Below are positions 19,668 through 28,462 of a stretch of 32,000 bases of DNA, in pieces. How positions within the stretch are numbered: position 1 is the first letter of the stretch; each line of letters opens with the position of its first letter. Origin of the DNA: Vibrio vulnificus CMCP6 (GTDB lineage Bacteria > Pseudomonadota > Gammaproteobacteria > Enterobacterales > Vibrionaceae); the NCBI RefSeq assembly GCF_000039765.1, contig NC_004460.2, positions 1,710,001 to 1,742,000 on the forward strand, given 5' to 3'. The notes under the pieces are model-generated. The model ran no database searches. It was not told where the DNA came from and saw only the letters and a program-made list of their open reading frames with translations. A program made the translations under genes and the position numbers.

Positions 19668-20060
19668 CTAATGCTGCTTGAGCAAAGGTTTAAACTTAAA
19701 CAGATAAAGACGAGCCAGAAGATAGCCTGTCGTAATTCCAAACCAGTTTGTCATCATATCGGATGTCGAAAACGTACGATGACTTAAAAACAGTTGTGAG
19801 AGCTCATCGAGTGACACAATAAAAAGCAACAAGACTAGCAGTCGAATTGCAAAGATATCATTGGATATGGCTTTACACATTGAAGGGAAAGCGAGAACTG
19901 CCATGTAAGCGATTAAAAAGCTTAATGTGGAATGAAGAGCGCGACTCCCACCAATATAGTATTCAAATTGTTCATAAACATGACTTTCCATTCCACTGCT
20001 TTTCCAAAGTGAAAGTGAAACTGTCATGACGCAAATGACAAATAATCCTAATTTTCTCAT
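19668..20060 (-). CDS. brpK: VanZ-like small integral membrane protein (last gene of the EPS locus)
   Basis: A 130-aa protein with four predicted TM segments and a VanZ-like C-terminal pattern (DELSQLF..R.FS.SDMM.NWFGITTGYLLA). ATG 20060 lies 4 nt after the upstream stop, behind GGATAGAGAC. The ORF-track TTG at 20081 is rejected. The symbol is by synteny. Confidence 0.6.
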   Translation of the reverse strand: MRKLGLFVICVMTVSLSLWKSSGMESHVYEQFEYYIGGSRALHSTLSFLIAYMAVLAFPSMCKAISNDIFAIRLLVLLLFIVSLDELSQLFLSHRTFSTSDMMTNWFGITTGYLLARLYLFKFKPLLKQH

Positions 20061-20064
20061 GTCT

Positions 20065-21378
20065 CTATCCGATGGGTACAAAGCCTAAGTATCGTTTCAC
20101 ATAGTAAAGTGCCGCCAAATTCTGTATTGCCATGCCGATTGCAATTGAACTGGCGGCACCAATAACCCCATACATTTGGCTCAGGGCCAACAGCAAAATG
20201 ATGGCAATGCTTCCAGAGGTGATCGTGATGTATTTCATTGTTTTCTCGTAGCCACTCATCAACAGGAGAAAGCCAACCGAGCCGGTGGCGACATTCACCA
20301 GCTGCCCAAGCGCCAATATGGCTAACAAAATACCTGCAGACTCAAACTCTGCACCAAAGAGAGTCATGACTTCTTGCGAATAAAAGGTACAAGCAATGAC
20401 TGGAATGAGAGAAAGAGAAATATTGAGTCGGAAAGCATTGGTGCTTAGTTTCTGCAGTTTTTTCATCTCTCCTTGCTGATATAGGGAAGCAAACATTGGT
20501 GCAACAATAAAATTTACGCTGATCAGCACAAATCCAATGAGCAGCGAAGTCCTTTGAGCAGCAGCCAATAAGCCCAGATCGCTATCTGTTAGGTAGAATC
20601 CCGCGATGATCAAACTGCCCCACTGGATCACGTTGGTAAAGATATTGCCAATCCAAACCTGTTTTGCACTGTCGGTTAATTCCGCATTATGAGCAACGGG
20701 TAAGGTCACAGCGGAGTATTGACCTGAACGAAGCCATTGGAGTGTTGATATCAATGCAACCAAAAAAGCTGAAAGTAGCAGAGCCAGCAACATGCTTACC
20801 AGAGTAATGAGTTCAAAGAAATGCAATATCGTAATGAACAAGACTAGAAAGCAGCTCACGCCCATCTGCAAAGCAAATATTGCAGGAGTAACATGGCGTA
20901 TCGCTTGTAGGGCATAGCTATTGAGTTGTGCTAACACCATAAGTGGAATGGTGAGTGAAAACAAAGCGAAGAGGCTAGGAGTGATGTTTACATTGATGAG
21001 TGATGCGCCAAAGGCAAATTGAACGATGAAGGCTAAAATGCACAGAGAAAAAGAGAAGGCTAAGCTTCTCTTCACTGAGATGGTATAGTTTTCGCTTTGT
21101 TGCTGTATCGAGTTCTGACTGAAAGCAATGGCGTTGTATTTCACCAATGAAACATTGAATCCAAGTTGACTGACGATAGCAACGAAGGAGACCAAATTAA
21201 AAAGATAAAAGAATTGTCCGGCGACCGTGGCATCTGAGAACCTCGCAACTGCAATCGTGAGTATAAACGCAAACAAGGCCGATAAAATTCGCATGATCCC
21301 TGTCTGTACCCCAAGTGAAACGAGTTTTTTTTTCTCATGGGACAACCCAGACAATTTTTGATTAAGCACGCTGAGCAT
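20065..21378 (-). CDS. brpJ: Wzx-type (MOP superfamily) polysaccharide flippase
   Basis: A ~437-aa polytopic membrane protein with an N-terminal region typical of the Polysacc_synt family (KKKLVSLGVQTGIMRILSALFAFILTIAVARFSDATVAGQFFYLFNLVSFVAIVSQLGFNVSLVKY). ATG 21378 is preferred; GTG 21432 would overlap the upstream gene by 44 nt. Confidence 0.75.
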   Translation of the reverse strand: MLSVLNQKLSGLSHEKKKLVSLGVQTGIMRILSALFAFILTIAVARFSDATVAGQFFYLFNLVSFVAIVSQLGFNVSLVKYNAIAFSQNSIQQQSENYTISVKRSLAFSFSLCILAFIVQFAFGASLINVNITPSLFALFSLTIPLMVLAQLNSYALQAIRHVTPAIFALQMGVSCFLVLFITILHFFELITLVSMLLALLLSAFLVALISTLQWLRSGQYSAVTLPVAHNAELTDSAKQVWIGNIFTNVIQWGSLIIAGFYLTDSDLGLLAAAQRTSLLIGFVLISVNFIVAPMFASLYQQGEMKKLQKLSTNAFRLNISLSLIPVIACTFYSQEVMTLFGAEFESAGILLAILALGQLVNVATGSVGFLLLMSGYEKTMKYITITSGSIAIILLLALSQMYGVIGAASSIAIGMAIQNLAALYYVKRYLGFVPIG

Positions 21379-21388
21379 AAAATGAATC

Positions 21389-22420
21389 TCAAATATAGAG
21401 GCTGCTGAGCGCCAATCTTTGTTTTTCTTCACTGTAGGTGTTGTTCATGTCACTACAGTACTGTTGGAATGGAATGGTATCGAAGTGTTCTACACAGTGG
21501 ATGATCTGTTTTGCCATCTCTTGCGGAGTACTGGCTAGAAATGGGTAATCCAGATCTTTTGTTGCACCGATTTTGCGAATGACCATAGGACGAGTCAGTT
21601 TGGCCGCTTCGAGAATAGTAAGAGGCATACCTTCCCATGCTGCTGTGTGTAAATAGATGTCCGCATTGCGAAGACGCTCTACCACTTCTGATCTTGGCAA
21701 CATGCCAGTGACTTCGATACCTTTGTCACGCAACTGCTGTTCTAGCGAAGGGTCTCCGCCCCCTATCCAAGTAATGTTTAGCTGAATAGCCGATTCATGC
21801 TGCAAGATATGTTCAGCGACGTGACAAAGAAATTGGGGGTCTTTTTGTTTCGCCACTCGCCCTAAGGCCACAAGGTTTATCTTTTCGCCTCGTGGAACAC
21901 TGTTACCGGCGTTAGATTGGTAGGTCACGTAGTTATTCAGTAACTCCGCTTTTTTGGCTCCCAACGAGATGGCCAAATCGCATTCACGCTGGCTGCATCC
22001 AGCAATCGCAGTAAATTTTTTTATGCGGATCCCTTCGAGTATTCGATAGAATTTTTGTGCATAGACCGAGATATCCTCTCGTTCAAACGCGTAACAATGT
22101 GGGGTATAGATAAGTTTTGCCTTGCCCACTGTCAAAAATCGCCCAAGAAATCCCGCCTTACTGGAGTGGAGATGGATCACATCCGGTTGGAGTTGCTTGA
22201 TACGTTGATTGGCACTTAAGAAAAATTGAAGCAGATGACCATCAATGAAGGTGGAAGATTGAAATTGGTTGTTACCGTTTTCTTTCGTAGAATCTTCTTC
22301 GCGGGCTCGGGCAAAAAGGTGATGTTCAATCGGTTCATTCCTTGATGAATAAACGTAGCTATAAAGTGCAGTTTGTACACCACCGCCAAATGCTTCTGTA
22401 ATATGCAGTACTTTTTTCAT
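21389..22420 (-). CDS. brpI: Glycosyltransferase, GT4 (group 1) family
   Basis: N-terminus MKKVLHITEAFGGGVQT, C-terminal EX7E motif EGMPLTILE. The ATG overlaps the upstream stop (ATGA, 22417-22420). Confidence 0.8.
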   Translation of the reverse strand: MKKVLHITEAFGGGVQTALYSYVYSSRNEPIEHHLFARAREEDSTKENGNNQFQSSTFIDGHLLQFFLSANQRIKQLQPDVIHLHSSKAGFLGRFLTVGKAKLIYTPHCYAFEREDISVYAQKFYRILEGIRIKKFTAIAGCSQRECDLAISLGAKKAELLNNYVTYQSNAGNSVPRGEKINLVALGRVAKQKDPQFLCHVAEHILQHESAIQLNITWIGGGDPSLEQQLRDKGIEVTGMLPRSEVVERLRNADIYLHTAAWEGMPLTILEAAKLTRPMVIRKIGATKDLDYPFLASTPQEMAKQIIHCVEHFDTIPFQQYCSDMNNTYSEEKQRLALSSLYI

Positions 22421-23250
22421 TTTTTACTCGTCCCTGGTGTCTTTAGCCATTTGTTTTTAAATTGAGCTCTCTCCTCTTCTGAATATAAATGTCGGTAGAG
22501 TGGCAGATCGTACATGTAAAATAGCTTTGAAAAATCGTAAGTGTCTTTGAAATGACTATAGATATTGGAATACCACTTGTTTTTTGCTTCATTACTGTTT
22601 TTTAAAATAAAGCCGTCAACGTTGAGAAATTTAGCGATATCACTGTCTAATTTATTAAGATGCTCACATTTGATTAGCATCACTTCTGTTTTTTTGTTTT
22701 TGAAAAGATAGAATGGTTCATTGTTATTAATGTCACTTTTAATGACGTCAATACCAAAGTTTTTATTTAATTCATTATCGAACCAATTCGCGAAATAATT
22801 AAGGTTAATATAATGGTCGAAACAAAACTCGAGATGTTGATAAGTTCTCTCCATGTCTCGATGAATGGCATCATTCTTTTTACCTTCGATAAACTGAATA
22901 TGAAGGTCTTGAAAAAAACGAGAAAGAACAGTAGCAATCGGATCTCGAACAAGTGTAACGATTTTTAGATGATTTCGATTCTGTAAGAGCCGTTTTCTAT
23001 GATTCAGGATAACGCGGTACATCGTCCGATTTTTAAAATCAAAGAACTTTTTGACATCCTGACGATTGTGATACATTTGAAACTCTTCATGATCGTCAAA
23101 TGTATGAATGTGATAGCTAGGTATATTGTAGTCACTCAACGTATGCTCAATAGAAGAAGATCCGACTTTCCCCATTTGGTACACCAAGACGAAATTATCG
23201 GATTTGAGCTCTTTATTTTTCTCAAACTGTCTATTCAATGAGTATTTCAT
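22417..23250 (-). CDS. brpH: Sulfotransferase-fold protein candidate (capsular polysaccharide synthesis family), AT-rich
   Basis: GKVGSSS resembles the PAPS 5'-phosphosulfate-binding loop (PKxGTT type). VRDPIATVLSRF resembles the 3'-phosphate-binding RDPxxRxxS element. The protein has no TM helices. A hand count of 22681-22740 gives 15/60 G+C. The symbol is by position in a brpABCDFHIJK-like locus. Confidence 0.5.
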   Translation of the reverse strand: MKYSLNRQFEKNKELKSDNFVLVYQMGKVGSSSIEHTLSDYNIPSYHIHTFDDHEEFQMYHNRQDVKKFFDFKNRTMYRVILNHRKRLLQNRNHLKIVTLVRDPIATVLSRFFQDLHIQFIEGKKNDAIHRDMERTYQHLEFCFDHYINLNYFANWFDNELNKNFGIDVIKSDINNNEPFYLFKNKKTEVMLIKCEHLNKLDSDIAKFLNVDGFILKNSNEAKNKWYSNIYSHFKDTYDFSKLFYMYDLPLYRHLYSEEERAQFKNKWLKTPGTSKK

Positions 23251-23402
23251 AGTTCCATTCCATAGATTATAGTGTGCGATTGAGCACAGGCTTGATGAAT
23301 GATTATTGAAAATTATTAATAAGAAGGGTGTTTCTTCAATATCTATAATTAAGATCTGAAAGTGCTTGTTTTATTGATTGGTAATAAAAATTGGGTGGTT
23401 AA

Positions 23403-24443
23403 TCATCCTTGGGTGAATAGTCCATCATAAGCTTTATAATAACTGTCTCTAAATTTCTCAATGGTGAATTCCTTGCAACGTAATATGGAATATTTACTCG
23501 CTACGCTATAATTCTCATTACTGTCGCAAACTTGAATTATTTTATTCGCCAGTTCTTCACTGTTAGAAACTTCAAATAGATAACCAGCGTTGCCGATGAC
23601 ATCATCCAGCCCTGGAACATTCGAGCTCAATACAGGCAACCCTGCCGCCATGGCTTCTACAGCCGCCAACCCAAATCCTTCAATGAGGGAAGACTGTACA
23701 TAGAGATCCATTTGCTCTAAGAAAGTAGGGATATCGCTAACAACACCATGAAAAAACACTCGATTCGTGATATCTAACTGCTGTGCGAGAGATTCCAGCG
23801 CCTCTCGTTTTTGGCCATCGCCAGCTAGGTGTAACTGGTATTGTGTTGGGAGTAGGGCGACCGCTCTAATCAGCGCTTCATGATCTTTATGCTCATGCAG
23901 TCGACCCACCATGCCTATTTTGATTTGAGCAGGATGTTTGATGCCTGTTCTCGCGGACATCGAAAAGCATGACAGATCAACGCCATTGTTAATGACTTTG
24001 TATTTCTGACGAAAATTCGGCATGAACTTGATCAACTCTTCCTGCACCTTCTCGCTAATACTGATGGTCAGATCGTGGCTTAGATACAAGAGATACTCCA
24101 TAAACTTAAATGCCGGATAGTCGCGTCTTCTATTGCTTGAACTGTGTTCTGTCTGAAGCTTTTTCTTACCTAAGGCAAGCAGTGCAAGATAGATCGACGG
24201 ATAAAGATGCCCATGAACAATGTCTGGCCAGCGAAATAAGGCCCATTTTTCCTTAAAGGTGAGCGTTTGCCATACATAACACTCAATGCCATGACGACTG
24301 AGCGTTTCGAGATAATCATTTTCGTGGCAAAGCACCAGAATCTTTATGTCGTACTTAGTCTCTTCGCCAGTAACGAGGTCGACCAAAAACTTCTGCGCGC
24401 CACCATTTTTAGATAGGTCATTGATAATATGTAAAATTCTCAT
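23403..24443 (-). CDS. brpF: Glycosyltransferase, GT4 (group 1) family
   Basis: N-terminus MRILHIINDLSKNGGAQKF. C-terminal EX7E motif with flanks: EGFGLAAVEAMAAGLPVLSSNVPGL. Confidence 0.8.
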   Translation of the reverse strand: MRILHIINDLSKNGGAQKFLVDLVTGEETKYDIKILVLCHENDYLETLSRHGIECYVWQTLTFKEKWALFRWPDIVHGHLYPSIYLALLALGKKKLQTEHSSSNRRRDYPAFKFMEYLLYLSHDLTISISEKVQEELIKFMPNFRQKYKVINNGVDLSCFSMSARTGIKHPAQIKIGMVGRLHEHKDHEALIRAVALLPTQYQLHLAGDGQKREALESLAQQLDITNRVFFHGVVSDIPTFLEQMDLYVQSSLIEGFGLAAVEAMAAGLPVLSSNVPGLDDVIGNAGYLFEVSNSEELANKIIQVCDSNENYSVASKYSILRCKEFTIEKFRDSYYKAYDGLFTQG

Positions 24444-24466
24444 GATGTTTCGTTCTTTATCTTGAG

Positions 24467-26647
24467 TTAATAAGCATATTTTTGGACATAGTGGGCTTCC
24501 TCTTGTGGGGTTGTTGCTTGCGAAATAACCACGCCAAATGAAGGAATATCGTGCTGACGTTGCTTCGACAGCGCCGTTTTAGCCAAAGCAACTTTGGTTG
24601 AGTCTGAGCGAATGACGGTAATCAATCCTTGAGCCAACTGGCCAAGAATCAATGCATCGCTGACGGAAAGCAGTGGAGGAGTATCAATAATGATGCGATC
24701 GTATTTTTCCTGTAGCGTGTTCAGTAGATTTTGAAATCGCTTTGACGACAGCAATTCTTGTGGATTTGGCGGAAGTAGGCCCGCGGTCAATACGTCGAGA
24801 TTCGCTTCATCGATTCGAATGATGCACTCTTCTAAAGGCGTATTCATTGTCAGGATGTTGCTTAACCCGGGAACTTGCGCGGGAATGTTGAAACGTTTCT
24901 CTAGTGAAGGTCTGCGTAAATCACAATCGATCAAAAGTACACGTTCTAAGTTTGAGAAGGTGGATGCGATGTTGATACAAGTGGCGGTTTTCCCTTCTTC
25001 AGGTATGGCTGACGTAAAGACCAAGACTTTTTGTTTACTGTTCACCAAACGTAACAGTAGCGAGGTTCGGATGGAGCGACACGCTTCGCTAAACACGCGA
25101 TTTTGAGGATCAAGATAGGCTTGGAAACTGACGCCGGGTTTACGTAATTTGCGACTGCGAACGTAAGGTATGGTACCAATACAGCTTAAACCGAGTTTGT
25201 TTTCAACGTCTTCGGGCGTACGGATCACGTCTTTAATCATATCTAAGATGATGGCTGCGGCAGATGAGAAAAACAGAGCAAACACCGCGGAGATGATGAC
25301 GAGTTTTAGTCGTTGCGGAGCAATAGGGAAAAGTGGTTCGAGAGCTTTGTCTGTAAAACGAGCATTGACGTTCCGAAAATCACTGGTCGCCGTGGTCTCT
25401 TTTTCGCGGTTTACAAACGCTTTGAGCAGTTCTCGATTACTTTCAACATCTCGTTTGAGTTTCTCATATTCCGCTTTTTTTCCGCCCACTAATTGGATTT
25501 CAGCCTTCTTGTTGCTCATCTCTCGACGAATGCTGTTTTCAAAGCTCTGAGCCACTTTGAGATCCTGTTGTTTGCTCAGCACCATTTCCATGATCAACTG
25601 TTGCGAACGCGCTTGGATATTTTGCAATTGGGCTTTCGCTTGAATCATTTTGTCGTGTTTAGGGCCATAACGCTGTGAAAGTTCACCCACTAACTTCTCT
25701 GCGTTACTCTCCAGCATTTTGAGTTCGCGTATTTGAGCTTGATTAGCGAACTCATCGATCGAAAGCAGGCTATCGAGGTTTTGTGCGGATTTTCGCAGTA
25801 GAAGATCACTTAGGGTTTGCGCTTGAATTCTCTTTTCTATCGCAATGTTGAGTTTTTTACTCAGCTCTTCCAATTCATTCGCGTAAATATCATCGATGCC
25901 ATTGATGTCGACGAGGCCTTCTGTGGTGAGAAATTGTTGTAATGCTTGTTCTGACTTGTGCAGTTTGTCTTCCAATTGTCTGGCATTACTGTCCAGCCAA
26001 TTGGTTGCATTTTGTGTCACGGTCAGTTTCGCCTCAAAGTTGGAATCAATATAGGCTTGACCGATGGCATTGGCGATTTCCGCTGCGAGTTTCGGATCGG
26101 CCGAGCGGAAACTGACTTTGACCAGCTGAGTGTTGCGTATCGGTTCAATATCAACTCTGTTTTTGTAGCTTTGCAAGGCTTCATAATAGGAAGAGTGATA
26201 CTCATTGGTTTCCGTTGGGTTCGGTGAAACATTCAACAGATCTTGTATCAAAGGAACTGACTTGAGCTCATTAAGCTTTGTTTTGAGCGAGCTTGAACCC
26301 GTAAAGTGCGGATGATTGGTAAGGTCAAATTGTTGGATGATCTTGTCAGCGATGTGATTAGATTGAAGTATCGCTATTTGTGTCTGAAAGTACTCTTTTT
26401 TGGTGGTATCTAGACCATAGACTTCCTCGATCGATAATGCGTTGCGCTGCTCTTCTTGAATTAAAATGGTGGCCGTTGCCTGGTAAATTGATGGTTTAGA
26501 ATAGATAAACCAAGTTGCGGCTAACGTAATCACCAGAGACAGGGTGACAATACTAAACCAATGCTTTCTGAGTACTTTTAGATAACTTCCAAATTGGAAC
26601 AATTCTTTATTACCGATGTAGTAACGGTTTGTTTGATTTTCATTCAT
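24467..26647 (-). CDS. brpD: Polysaccharide co-polymerase / BY-kinase (Wzc-like: Wzz domain, long periplasmic coiled coil, cytoplasmic P-loop kinase)
   Basis: Two TM helices flank a coiled-coil-rich periplasmic region. The C-terminal domain has Walker A SAIPEEGKT, Walker A'/B elements (LLIDCDLRRP, IIIDTPP) and a short Tyr-containing tail HYVQKYAY. ATG 26647 (MNENQT..) is preferred over the ORF-track TTG at 26686, which overlaps wza. Confidence 0.8.
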   Translation of the reverse strand: MNENQTNRYYIGNKELFQFGSYLKVLRKHWFSIVTLSLVITLAATWFIYSKPSIYQATATILIQEEQRNALSIEEVYGLDTTKKEYFQTQIAILQSNHIADKIIQQFDLTNHPHFTGSSSLKTKLNELKSVPLIQDLLNVSPNPTETNEYHSSYYEALQSYKNRVDIEPIRNTQLVKVSFRSADPKLAAEIANAIGQAYIDSNFEAKLTVTQNATNWLDSNARQLEDKLHKSEQALQQFLTTEGLVDINGIDDIYANELEELSKKLNIAIEKRIQAQTLSDLLLRKSAQNLDSLLSIDEFANQAQIRELKMLESNAEKLVGELSQRYGPKHDKMIQAKAQLQNIQARSQQLIMEMVLSKQQDLKVAQSFENSIRREMSNKKAEIQLVGGKKAEYEKLKRDVESNRELLKAFVNREKETTATSDFRNVNARFTDKALEPLFPIAPQRLKLVIISAVFALFFSSAAAIILDMIKDVIRTPEDVENKLGLSCIGTIPYVRSRKLRKPGVSFQAYLDPQNRVFSEACRSIRTSLLLRLVNSKQKVLVFTSAIPEEGKTATCINIASTFSNLERVLLIDCDLRRPSLEKRFNIPAQVPGLSNILTMNTPLEECIIRIDEANLDVLTAGLLPPNPQELLSSKRFQNLLNTLQEKYDRIIIDTPPLLSVSDALILGQLAQGLITVIRSDSTKVALAKTALSKQRQHDIPSFGVVISQATTPQEEAHYVQKYAY

Positions 26648-26666
26648 TGCAGTGTATCCGTTCACT

Positions 26667-27200
26667 CTAGAAGAAGCTCTGTTCAATTACGACAATATCG
26701 CCAGGAGACACTTTCTGGCTTAGTGAGACTTTTTTTATGGTTTCGCCATTTTGGCTTTGTGTAAGATGAATATTGCTACGGGAGGCTCTGTCTGTTAGCC
26801 CTCCGGCAATGGCAATGGCTTTTTCAATGGTCAATCCAGGTTGATATTCAAAACTACCGGGACGCCTCACTTCGCCATTAACATAAAAGGCGCGGAACTT
26901 ATTAATCGAGACCATGACTTTGGGGTTCACTAAATAGTCCCCTTTTAGCTTTTGCTCGATCTCTTCTTTTAGTTCTTTAGGGGTTTTCCCTTTTACCAGC
27001 ACTCGGCCTAAATAGGGGTAGTCAATTTGGCCATCGGAGGTGAGTAAAATATTGGGAATTGATAAGTCATCCTCGCCATACACCAAAATGGATATCGAAT
27101 CGCCACTGTTTAATTGGTAGCCCGCGTCGGATGTCGATGCTGAGACATAGGGTGCCATTATCAGACTTAACCCTAGTAGCACCTTGAGTAAAAATTTCAT
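26667..27200 (-). CDS. brpC: Short OPX (Wza-like) polysaccharide export protein: Poly_export + SLBB domains only
   Basis: Signal peptide MKFLLKVLLGLSLIMAPYVSAS, the PES-type motif YQLNSGDSISILVYGEDDLS, and an SLBB-like GEVRRPGSFEYQPGLTIEKAIAIAGGLT. At 177 aa it is too short to include the C-terminal OM-spanning helix of E. coli-type Wza. Confidence 0.8.
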   Translation of the reverse strand: MKFLLKVLLGLSLIMAPYVSASTSDAGYQLNSGDSISILVYGEDDLSIPNILLTSDGQIDYPYLGRVLVKGKTPKELKEEIEQKLKGDYLVNPKVMVSINKFRAFYVNGEVRRPGSFEYQPGLTIEKAIAIAGGLTDRASRSNIHLTQSQNGETIKKVSLSQKVSPGDIVVIEQSFF

Positions 27201-27213
27201 GTTTGCTCCATGC

Positions 27214-28428
27214 TTATAACGACAGCCTAGCGGTCACTGTCCAAATGTGTTGATCAAAGCTGTATCCAGACCAATTGGATGTTTTGTCTTGGTATTGCCA
27301 AGCCGCGTCTATCCTTGCCCAGCGTCGGAATTGGTATTGTGCTTCTGCGCTAAGCTGAAAGCGCTCTTCCTCTCGCAATACGCCACTTTGGTAGGAGCCA
27401 GTGTAATCATCTTGTTGATAGAGTCCTTTTAGGGACGTGACGAAATAACTGTTCCATGCTTGGTCAAGCTGAAGTGAGTAGCGAGTTTGTAGGTTGTAGT
27501 CGCCGTCTTGTTCTGGATTGACCGCGGCTTGCGTGGTTAACAAAGTCCAGGTCGTATGCTCTTGAGGTTGCCAACTGAGGCCAATATCCCAACTGAGTCC
27601 TTCGAACGTAGCGCGTTGCTTGTCATCAAATTCCTTGATCTGATAGCCGAGCTTGGCGGTGCCTTTGGTTTTACCGGTTATTTCCCAACTGACACCGGTA
27701 TAAACAAAAGTACTGGTTCCATCGCGTGAGGCAACGGATTCTCGTTCATGTAAATACTCAGTGAAGTGAAATTGGGAGCCGACTAACCAATACGTTTCAG
27801 GGCGCAGACGATAGTAGAACTCACCATGGAGAGACGGGGTTCTAAAGTCGCTGTATTTGGTTGCTGTCAGAGTGCTGGTGCCGTTTTCATATTTGGTAAA
27901 CGTTTTGTCTAAATAGTTAAGGCCAAACTCCAGCCTTCCTTGCGAACCAATAGCACCAAACACATAGTTACTTTTCAACTGATTCGATTGAAATGTGATG
28001 AGCTCTGGAAGCGCTATTGAGCTCTGTTCACCTTCGGTGAGACCTTCTCCACGCGTTTCGTGACCCAAGCGAAATTGGTAGTCCAAGACCAAACGATTAC
28101 GATGATTAAAAGTAAAATAGTTGGTTGTTTGAAACTTGTGGTCTAAATAGTCATTCTGCTCATCTGAAGAACGGCCAAAATCTGCAACATAAATAAAATC
28201 CGCTTTGTACTGATTTCGGTCAATCCTTGCCAATAGGGCGGGTTTTACGCCTATCGTGGAGACATGAGAGGAGTCAGCTTCTTGCTTGGCGATATTGTCA
28301 TCAAATCGATAGTAAGTATGAAGTGTCGGAATAAACTCAATGCCGGATTCTGTCGAAAGCGCAAGTGGCTCAACCGCACCCACCCACACGGGTAACAAAC
28401 CTAAGACAAATCCGGTATAGCGTTTCAT
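27214..28428 (-). CDS. brpB: Outer-membrane beta-barrel protein partner of the short OPX protein
   Basis: Signal peptide MKRYTGFVLGLLPVWVGA. Alternating aromatic/hydrophilic beta-strand patterns run throughout (YQFRLGHE, NYVFGAIGSQGRLEFGLNY, WTVTARLSL). ATG 28428 lies 6 nt after AAAGGA. The 46 extra N-terminal residues in the ORF track overlap brpA and are rejected. Confidence 0.65.
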   Translation of the reverse strand: MKRYTGFVLGLLPVWVGAVEPLALSTESGIEFIPTLHTYYRFDDNIAKQEADSSHVSTIGVKPALLARIDRNQYKADFIYVADFGRSSDEQNDYLDHKFQTTNYFTFNHRNRLVLDYQFRLGHETRGEGLTEGEQSSIALPELITFQSNQLKSNYVFGAIGSQGRLEFGLNYLDKTFTKYENGTSTLTATKYSDFRTPSLHGEFYYRLRPETYWLVGSQFHFTEYLHERESVASRDGTSTFVYTGVSWEITGKTKGTAKLGYQIKEFDDKQRATFEGLSWDIGLSWQPQEHTTWTLLTTQAAVNPEQDGDYNLQTRYSLQLDQAWNSYFVTSLKGLYQQDDYTGSYQSGVLREEERFQLSAEAQYQFRRWARIDAAWQYQDKTSNWSGYSFDQHIWTVTARLSL

Positions 28429-28462
28429 CGTCATTCCTTTTACTAAGTATTGGCTGTATGGC

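Noticed and set aside
19538-19787. Two overlapping short ORFs (67 aa on the minus strand, 78 aa on the plus strand) between cabC and the VanZ-like gene.
   Set aside because: Both span the terminator hairpin at 19557-19585 and overlap the 3' end of the VanZ-like CDS. Neither has an RBS or a recognisable motif.
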